Origin: a virus
Reading direction: 5' to 3' (one strand)
Length of the DNA: 64,000 nt
Virus record (IMG/VR): IMGVR_UViG_3300021373_003070
A program made the position numbers and the translations under genes. Shown here piece by piece: positions 10,545 through 17,345 of the stretch; the first letter of the stretch is position 1, and each line of letters opens with the position of its first letter. The notes below the pieces were generated by a model. That model ran no database searches. It saw nothing but the letters and a program-made list of their open reading frames with translations, and had not been told where the DNA came from.

Positions 10545-13466
10545 ATGCCAGTAGGTGGCGGTAAGGGTTTTATTGATAAAACCTGGGCACAAACATTTGA
10601 TGAAACACGATTCAAAGATGCTGCGTCAGGTACAACTGATGCAACTCCTATTTCTGTGCCTTATGGAAAGCAAGTAATTGAAATTACTGCAAGGGGTGGA
10701 GCCGCTAGCGCGCCAATACTAGATCCTGCATATTCAATTACAAAGAACGCTTATACAACGTCAAACATTACTTCGTATCCTTCGCGTACTTTCTTTAAGG
10801 ATGTATATACAACTCAGATCAATACCTCGTATCCAACAAGAACATTCTTTAAAGATTCATATACGTTATCTACAATATATCCAGCTAGGAATACTTTTGA
10901 GAATGCTTATACTACTGTAGCATATACGCAGTATCCATCGCGTGTGCAAAAGAATGCATATAATACTGTACAATTCACTGCATATCCTGCTGACGTTGCG
11001 AAGAATGCCTATACCACTCAGGTAAACACTGCTTATCCTGCTGACGTTCAAAAGAATGCTTATTCTACTGTAGCATATACACAATATCCAACCAGATTTA
11101 ATAAAGCCGCTTATAATACCGTACAGTATACGCAATATCCAATTAGATACGCTAAGTCAGCTTATACTACTGTAGCATATACGCAGTATCCACAGCGAAA
11201 CCAAAAAAATGCTTATACGACTGTAGCATATACGCAGTATCCTGCTCGTACTCAGAAAGCCGCATATAATACACAGGTCAATACGGCTTATGGTGCCGAC
11301 GTTCAAAAGAATGCTTATACGACTGTAGCATACACGCAATATCCTATTCGATATTCTAAGGCCGCATATACTACATCGACCATCACTAACTATCCTGCTC
11401 GTACATCAAAAGCAGCATATTCTACAGTAACTAATACTGCATACGGCGCTGACGTGGAAAAGAATGCATATTCTACGGTAACTAATACTGCATACGGCGC
11501 TGACGTGGAAAAGAATGCATATAATACTGTGCAGTATACACAATATCCAGCTGATGTAGCAAAGAATGCATATAACACCGTAGCATATACACAATATCCT
11601 GCACGATTTACTAAGGCTGCATACAATACATCGTCCACCACTAACTATCCCGCGCGGTTTAACAAGGCTGCATACAATACATCAGTCACCACTAATTATC
11701 CTGCACGGTTTAATAAAGCCGCGTATAACACATCAGCTACCACTAACTATCCTGCACGGTTTAATAAAGCTGCGTATAACACATCAGCCATTACTAACTA
11801 TCCTGCTGATGTTCAAAAGAATGCTTATTCTACTGTAACATATTTGTTCTACAACTCTGAAGTTCAGAAATTTTCATATTCGACATCTGTCGTAACGTCA
11901 TATCCAGCTCGTACTCAAAAAGCTGCTTACTCTTTCCAGCAATATCAACTAAGTTCGAGTAACCAAACTTATGTTCTGACAGGATTTGTTTCAGGACCAA
12001 CGCGTTGGCAAAAATCAGCATATAATGCGACTGTCACCACACAGTATCCAGCAAGATTTAATAAAGGTAGTTATAATTTAGCAGTAAATACAGATTATCC
12101 TGCACGGTTTAATAAGGCTGCATATTCTACAGTAACCAATACCGCATATGGTGCTGATGTAGCAAAGAATGCTTATTCTACAGTAGTCAATACTGCTTAT
12201 CCAGCAGCCGTAGCAAAGAATGCTTATTCTACTGTACAAACAACAGCATATGGTGCTGATGTAGCAAAGAATGCTTATTCTACAGTAGTCAATACCGCAT
12301 ATACTGCCGACCAAGAGAAAGCAGCTTATACTACTCAGGTAAACACTGCTTATCCTGCTCGATTTAATAAAAGTGCGTATACAACTCAGGTTAATACGGC
12401 TTATCCTGCACGGTTTAATAAAGCCGCGTATAACACATCAGCTACCACTAACTATCCTGCACGGTTTAATAAAGCTGCGTATAACACATCACAAACAACT
12501 AACTACCCAGAACGGTTCCAAAAAGCTGCTTATTCTACTGTACAAAATACGCAATATCCAGCTGATGTACAAAAGAATGCTTATACTACTCAGGTTAATA
12601 CTTCATATCCTATTCGATATAGTAAAGCTGCTTATAATACTGTACAATATACACAGTATCCACAGAGATTTGCAAAAGGAGCATACACCACTCAGGTAAA
12701 CACTGCTTATCCGCAGCGATTCCAAAAGTCAGCGTATACAACTCAGGTCAATACTTCATATCCTCAGCGTGTGCAGAAAAATGCATACACAACTCAGGTT
12801 AATACTGCATACGGTGCTGATGTACAAAAGAATGCCTATACTACACAGGTCAATACCTCATACCCAACAAGATTTAATAAAGCTGCTTATTCTACTGTAG
12901 CATACACACAATATCCAACCAGATTTAATAAAGCTGCTTATAATACACAGGTAAATACGGCATTTCCACAGAGATTTAATGCTGCATATACAACTCAGAT
13001 CAATACCTCGTATCCAACAAGATCATTCTTTAAAGATTCATATACATTATCTACGATATATCCTGCAAGAAATACTTTCGAGAATGCATATACAACAGTA
13101 GCATATACACAATATCCATCGCGTACATTCTTTGAGAATGCATATTCTACTATACAATATACACAATATCCATCTCGTATAACTAACTATCCGGATAGAG
13201 TTACAGCTGGTACTGCTGGAACCGATAGTGTTGTTTCATGGGTAACAGCAGACGGTTATTCTGTATCGTTTACTGCTGCCGGTGCACAACCAAATATCAC
13301 AAACTATGTAATTCGCACAGCTCAGACTTCAAACAGAAAGATATTTGATCCAACTAAAGTCGATGGTGTAGATGGAACACAACTTAATGTTTCCGTAGGT
13401 AACTCGCCAGCAGGTAACAATACAGCAGCTAATAGAGGGTTTATAAATATAAAGTACACTGGTTAA
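10545..13466 (+). CDS. Tyr/Thr-rich repeat fibre: predicted giant self-complementary beta-hairpin inserted in a glycine-rich-type domain
   Basis: 973 aa. 47 units of KxAYxTxxxTxYPxxxx lie between the N-half (EITARGGA) and C-half (AGTAGTDS..FTAAG..GFINIKY) of a small globular domain. Confidence 0.85.
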   Translation: MPVGGGKGFIDKTWAQTFDETRFKDAASGTTDATPISVPYGKQVIEITARGGAASAPILDPAYSITKNAYTTSNITSYPSRTFFKDVYTTQINTSYPTRTFFKDSYTLSTIYPARNTFENAYTTVAYTQYPSRVQKNAYNTVQFTAYPADVAKNAYTTQVNTAYPADVQKNAYSTVAYTQYPTRFNKAAYNTVQYTQYPIRYAKSAYTTVAYTQYPQRNQKNAYTTVAYTQYPARTQKAAYNTQVNTAYGADVQKNAYTTVAYTQYPIRYSKAAYTTSTITNYPARTSKAAYSTVTNTAYGADVEKNAYSTVTNTAYGADVEKNAYNTVQYTQYPADVAKNAYNTVAYTQYPARFTKAAYNTSSTTNYPARFNKAAYNTSVTTNYPARFNKAAYNTSATTNYPARFNKAAYNTSAITNYPADVQKNAYSTVTYLFYNSEVQKFSYSTSVVTSYPARTQKAAYSFQQYQLSSSNQTYVLTGFVSGPTRWQKSAYNATVTTQYPARFNKGSYNLAVNTDYPARFNKAAYSTVTNTAYGADVAKNAYSTVVNTAYPAAVAKNAYSTVQTTAYGADVAKNAYSTVVNTAYTADQEKAAYTTQVNTAYPARFNKSAYTTQVNTAYPARFNKAAYNTSATTNYPARFNKAAYNTSQTTNYPERFQKAAYSTVQNTQYPADVQKNAYTTQVNTSYPIRYSKAAYNTVQYTQYPQRFAKGAYTTQVNTAYPQRFQKSAYTTQVNTSYPQRVQKNAYTTQVNTAYGADVQKNAYTTQVNTSYPTRFNKAAYSTVAYTQYPTRFNKAAYNTQVNTAFPQRFNAAYTTQINTSYPTRSFFKDSYTLSTIYPARNTFENAYTTVAYTQYPSRTFFENAYSTIQYTQYPSRITNYPDRVTAGTAGTDSVVSWVTADGYSVSFTAAGAQPNITNYVIRTAQTSNRKIFDPTKVDGVDGTQLNVSVGNSPAGNNTAANRGFINIKYTG
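10743..13184 (+). repeat. 51-bp (17-aa) coding tandem repeat array: 23 units, a 31-aa turn unit and 23 units
   Basis: Parsed by hand from the translation: arm 1 = 10743-11918 (392 aa), turn = 11919-12011, arm 2 = 12012-13184 (391 aa). Confidence 0.95.
13442..13449 (+). promoter_or_regulatory. T4-type late promoter for the oxygenase cassette
   Basis: TATAAATA 40 nt before ATG 13489. Confidence 0.7.
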
Positions 13467-13488
13467 AACTTTATAATGAGGTTACATT

Positions 13489-14049
13489 ATGTTATTAGCT
13501 CCATCCACGGAACTTTCTCGTTTCGTAATTGTCGATAATCTTGTTGACACCGTAGATAAAATACGATTCTTTGAGAAGATTATCGGTTTTCAACCTAGAG
13601 ATCCAGAAAGCGAATTTGCATGTGATTTAGGATATCTAGAATCAGACATGAATACAAATAAAATTGTGTATGATCCCTTTCATTCTCTTATCTCTACAAT
13701 AAATTATGAAGCTTTTTTGTATGATATAGAATCTCTTGAAAAATTCATGTACGCTCGACTTACTTCAACTGCTCAAGATCATATCAAACCTCATCGTGAA
13801 ATACGATTATCTGGCTATAGAAAACAAGATCGTAAGATTACGATGCTTAGCTGTCTATCAAATAATAACGAATATGAAGGTGGCGAATTAAAAATTGATA
13901 TCGATGGAACTCTGCAACCGCAAATTATAAATTTAAAGGCCGGCCAAACGGTATTCTTTGATTCACATGTTACATGGGGAATAGAACCAGTGACGAGTGG
14001 CGAAGCAAGATTTCTATTGAACAATGCATGGGGTAAATCACAACTATGA
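13489..14049 (+). CDS. 2OG-Fe(II) oxygenase-fold protein (PKHD/P4H-like), degenerate active site
   Basis: RKITM..L..YEGGEL..G..FFDS..EPVTSG pattern. HxE is present, but the distal His position holds Trp. Confidence 0.75.
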   Translation: MLLAPSTELSRFVIVDNLVDTVDKIRFFEKIIGFQPRDPESEFACDLGYLESDMNTNKIVYDPFHSLISTINYEAFLYDIESLEKFMYARLTSTAQDHIKPHREIRLSGYRKQDRKITMLSCLSNNNEYEGGELKIDIDGTLQPQIINLKAGQTVFFDSHVTWGIEPVTSGEARFLLNNAWGKSQL

Positions 14050-14756
14050 TTTTTAATAATGATCCCGGTCTAGAGTTTTATACATCAGAGCATTTATATG
14101 GCGCACTCATTGAACCATCTAGAATGCAAAAGCATGTGCCAGAATGGTTTAAGAAAATACCTGTTACAAAAAATATTCGTGATCAAGGTGGGTTCCCATT
14201 ATTTACGGCTAAAAAATGTTTACCTATGCTAGATGCTATGACTCTTGGTTGGGTGATTCCATTACAAAGTGATGTACATGTAATTACAAATGACGATTGT
14301 TCTATAATTCAGGCTGCAGGAAGAGAAGGCAATCAAATACAAGCCGTACAAGGCCACGCGTGGGATCAAATTGCATCTGAAAAATGGCCGGGCTTTAAAC
14401 AAGATCCGTTGAAGTTTATTAATCATTGGCGAATCAAAACTAAACCCGGCTGGTCATGTTTATTTCAAGCAATGCCAAATTCAGTGCAATCTGATTTTAC
14501 ATGTTTGAGTGGTGTTGTTGATACCGACACATATATGAATACTATTAATTTTCCAGCTGTTTGGAATACGCCAAATGCAGATATAACTTTAAAAGCAGGT
14601 ACGCCATTAGTGCAAGTTATTCCATTCAAAAGAAATAAGATGGATGCTAAAATCAGAACAGCTACAGATCGCGAAGAAAGAAAAAGAGATATACTTGAAA
14701 AGGCGCAAGGAACAAGAACGGGCGTATACACTCAAGAATTAAGAGAAGTTAGATAA
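14046..14756 (+). CDS. DUF6065-like protein
   Basis: PEWFK..KKCLPMLDAMTLGW..WRIKTKPGWS..GVVDTD..NFP..GTPLVQVIPFKR. Confidence 0.65.
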   Translation: MIFNNDPGLEFYTSEHLYGALIEPSRMQKHVPEWFKKIPVTKNIRDQGGFPLFTAKKCLPMLDAMTLGWVIPLQSDVHVITNDDCSIIQAAGREGNQIQAVQGHAWDQIASEKWPGFKQDPLKFINHWRIKTKPGWSCLFQAMPNSVQSDFTCLSGVVDTDTYMNTINFPAVWNTPNADITLKAGTPLVQVIPFKRNKMDAKIRTATDREERKRDILEKAQGTRTGVYTQELREVR

Positions 14757-15535
14757 TGTGGAAAAAGAATCATAATGAAGAGTTCGTCTTTAATGATATG
14801 TGGGGTTCTGTTTGGGGAACATGGCCGATTGTAGCAGCAAATAAATTTAAAGCGCCGTATGAAAGTTTTCAAAGAGAAAAATATGGGCGACCACATCTTG
14901 TAGATTGTCCCGGCATGTACGACTATAAAAATCAAGGCTGGTTAATGCTAGCTTGGTGTGAAATTGAAGTGCATTGTGATGGAAAAAATACCATGATGTA
15001 TTATGGCCATCGAGATAAAGGTGAATGGCCAACCCCTGTTAATCAAGAATGTCCATATAAGCTTGATCACAATAAACACATCGACGAGCAATGGATAAAA
15101 AGTGCATCTGGCATGTCAGAAAAAATAGCCCATGGTATCGCCGAGCATCGAGACAGCAATCCTACACCAATGCATATTAGTACGCCATGGGCAATAATTA
15201 ATAAAGGCTGTTCGCTAATGGTTCAGCCTCCTGTATATCATAGTAATATTTCAGAAGACTTTTATGTATATCCCGGCATAGTTGATTATGAGAATGGATT
15301 TTCTACAATGAATTTTATATTCTCATGTAAAAAAGAAGGTAAGTTTACAATTAAACCGGGTACTCCTATTTTACATATGATACCTATGATTAAAAGAGAT
15401 TGGAAGGCATACTATACACACGATAGTTTAGGTGAAACAAAATTCTATACTGGTGCGCTGTCTAATGCTAAACAATTTTATAGAAAAATGGTACATAGAA
15501 GAAACAGATTTACGATTGATCGGTGGGATAAATGA
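14756..15535 (+). CDS. DUF6065-like protein (paralogue of the preceding gene)
   Basis: CPGMYDY..GW..PW..PGIVD..NF..PGTPILHMIP aligns with the preceding ORF. Confidence 0.6.
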   Translation: MWKKNHNEEFVFNDMWGSVWGTWPIVAANKFKAPYESFQREKYGRPHLVDCPGMYDYKNQGWLMLAWCEIEVHCDGKNTMMYYGHRDKGEWPTPVNQECPYKLDHNKHIDEQWIKSASGMSEKIAHGIAEHRDSNPTPMHISTPWAIINKGCSLMVQPPVYHSNISEDFYVYPGIVDYENGFSTMNFIFSCKKEGKFTIKPGTPILHMIPMIKRDWKAYYTHDSLGETKFYTGALSNAKQFYRKMVHRRNRFTIDRWDK

Positions 15536-16347
15536 TAAACACAGAAGCTCTAGAAGAAATTAAAATTGCTACAAGCTTTAATGATAGACCGTATCTAATT
15601 AAAAACTTTACTTCATTTCCTGACCAATTTTTAAATCATATGTATTTTTATGAATGTTTCGGTGAATGTAATTATTATGATTGTCATGTATTGCCTATTA
15701 TGGAATGGGGTGATACAGCGTCGTCACTAAAGATATCATTTAATGATCTTGCTTATAAAAATAAAAAGAAAGACATAGATGAGAATGGCGTGCAGAATTA
15801 TAAGTCGCGACAAAGAATGGAAGGGATGGGTAGGAAACGTCCATTAGATTATTTAAAAGATAAGAACACGCTTAGAATTTATAATTATGAAAAATATAAT
15901 AATCTATCGCGTGATATGAGTAATGCTTTATTAGACACCTTTACACTCGATGTAGATATCTTTGGGGTGTGGCCGGCGTTTGTAACACCAGAAAAAGGTG
16001 CTGCGCATGCGACTTTCATAAAAGAGAATGAAATATCTGGTCATCCTCGAGGTGAAAATTATAATTCATTTTACTTACAAACAGTAGGCACATCAGAGTT
16101 TGTCATATACAAAAATCGTGTCAGTGGTTTAGTTGATAAGAATCTACCATTTGACTGGACAAAAGAAAAACGAGTAATATTTTTTGATAATCTTGAAGTC
16201 GAAGAAACCATAGAAGTAAACCCAGGCGACTTACTATACATACCTGAAAGAAAAATGTTTTATGAAAAAGGTGTGGAAGAAAGAATGCATATTAATTTTC
16301 CTCTAATATACAAAGGACCTCAGTCGAGTTATAATCCAACATTATGA
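15532..16347 (+). CDS. JmjC/cupin-like protein, degenerate active site
   Basis: NSFYLQTVGTSEF and VNPGDLLYIP are JmjC/cupin-4 motifs. The HxD and distal His positions read RGE and F. Confidence 0.65.
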   Translation: MINTEALEEIKIATSFNDRPYLIKNFTSFPDQFLNHMYFYECFGECNYYDCHVLPIMEWGDTASSLKISFNDLAYKNKKKDIDENGVQNYKSRQRMEGMGRKRPLDYLKDKNTLRIYNYEKYNNLSRDMSNALLDTFTLDVDIFGVWPAFVTPEKGAAHATFIKENEISGHPRGENYNSFYLQTVGTSEFVIYKNRVSGLVDKNLPFDWTKEKRVIFFDNLEVEETIEVNPGDLLYIPERKMFYEKGVEERMHINFPLIYKGPQSSYNPTL

Positions 16348-16964
16348 TAGAAGTAGAAGACATTTTCATTGAAAGTATTTTTAAAGAAGTATATGACGAT
16401 ATAAATCATCAAGAAATACACGACTATATAAACTTTCTTATGAGTAGAGAAGAGAAAGGTGTAGTCATTTCTAATAAAGGTGGGTGGCAATATCATGTTC
16501 AACGCGATGAGTGTGAAGCTATAGATTATTTGAATGATAGACTGCATGCCACGGCCCATCAAATTTTATATGAGTATTATAGCTTTGATATGAAGAATAT
16601 GGTCAGCGCTGGTATATGGATTAATGTAAATAATTCCGGTGATTATAACGTAAATCATAATCACGCCGGCTCCGTGCTATCTAGTTGTTATTATTTACAG
16701 GCGCCTGAACCTTCAGCCCATATTGAATTTGAACCAAATGATCAATTGTCTAGAACAATATTGAGAAACGAACTCGAAAAAGGTGGATCTGAATTTTTAG
16801 GAGATGATAATCCTCGTATTAGAATGGGCGCGGGCAAAGCACCACAAGAACGGGAAGCATACTTTTTTACAGGACATCTGTCACATCGAGTTGATATAAA
16901 TAATTCAGTCGAGCCTAGAATTTCACTCGCGGCTAATTTCTGTTCGAGCGCAGCTCGCTCTTAG
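16344..16964 (+). CDS. Putative 2OG-Fe(II) oxygenase (TIGR02466-like), intact ligands
   Basis: SNKGGWQ..WINVN..DYNVNHNH..LSSCYY..HRV..N..RISLAAN. Confidence 0.8.
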   Translation: MIEVEDIFIESIFKEVYDDINHQEIHDYINFLMSREEKGVVISNKGGWQYHVQRDECEAIDYLNDRLHATAHQILYEYYSFDMKNMVSAGIWINVNNSGDYNVNHNHAGSVLSSCYYLQAPEPSAHIEFEPNDQLSRTILRNELEKGGSEFLGDDNPRIRMGAGKAPQEREAYFFTGHLSHRVDINNSVEPRISLAANFCSSAARS

Positions 16965-16972
16965 TATAAATA
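16965..16972 (+). promoter_or_regulatory. T4-type late promoter
   Basis: Intergenic TATAAATA. Confidence 0.8.
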
Positions 16973-16996
16973 AAATTAAAATAATAGGGTACACCT

Positions 16997-17344
16997 ATGG
17001 CGCGCACTGAAGATCTAACCATAGATCAAAATACCGATTTTACTATCAAGCTGAACTTGCTTGATAGTAATGATGCAGCTTTAGATTTGACTACAAAATA
17101 CTTCGCAGCATCATTCAAAAAAAGATATAACGATACCGATTCTACTGATTTTACAGTCACCGTTATCGACGCTGCAGCTGGTTCTATACAACTGTCGTTA
17201 TCATCTGCTATTACATCAACATTAGATACTAGCTTACGTTATGTATATGATGTGTTAATGTATGACAATGGAGATGTTAATATAACAAAAGTACTAGATG
17301 GAAAAATATTCGTAAAACCTAGTGCGACTTCTGTAGGAGAGTAA
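16997..17344 (+). CDS. Small beta-sandwich virion protein (BppU/LtfC-like adaptor)
   Basis: DLTIDQ..F...DLT..G.IQLSL..T..L..RYVYDV..KVLDGKI pattern, common in T4-like tail modules. Confidence 0.65.
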   Translation: MARTEDLTIDQNTDFTIKLNLLDSNDAALDLTTKYFAASFKKRYNDTDSTDFTVTVIDAAAGSIQLSLSSAITSTLDTSLRYVYDVLMYDNGDVNITKVLDGKIFVKPSATSVGE

Positions 17345-17345
17345 G

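Noticed and set aside
10743-13184. 51-bp periodic repeats as a CRISPR array or DGR template/variable repeat
   Set aside because: The repeats are in frame, vary at synonymous positions and have no unique spacers. There is no cas or reverse transcriptase gene in the window, and differences are not adenine-specific.
10743-13184. Mirror symmetry caused by a DNA inverted repeat or assembly artefact
   Set aside because: Both arms read in the same direction with the same consensus, and mirror partners are different unit types. The symmetry exists only at the protein-pairing level.
10545-13466. Homology to mussel adhesive (DOPA) proteins
   Set aside because: The resemblance is only compositional (Tyr/Lys/Pro/Thr), and no tyrosinase gene is visible in the window
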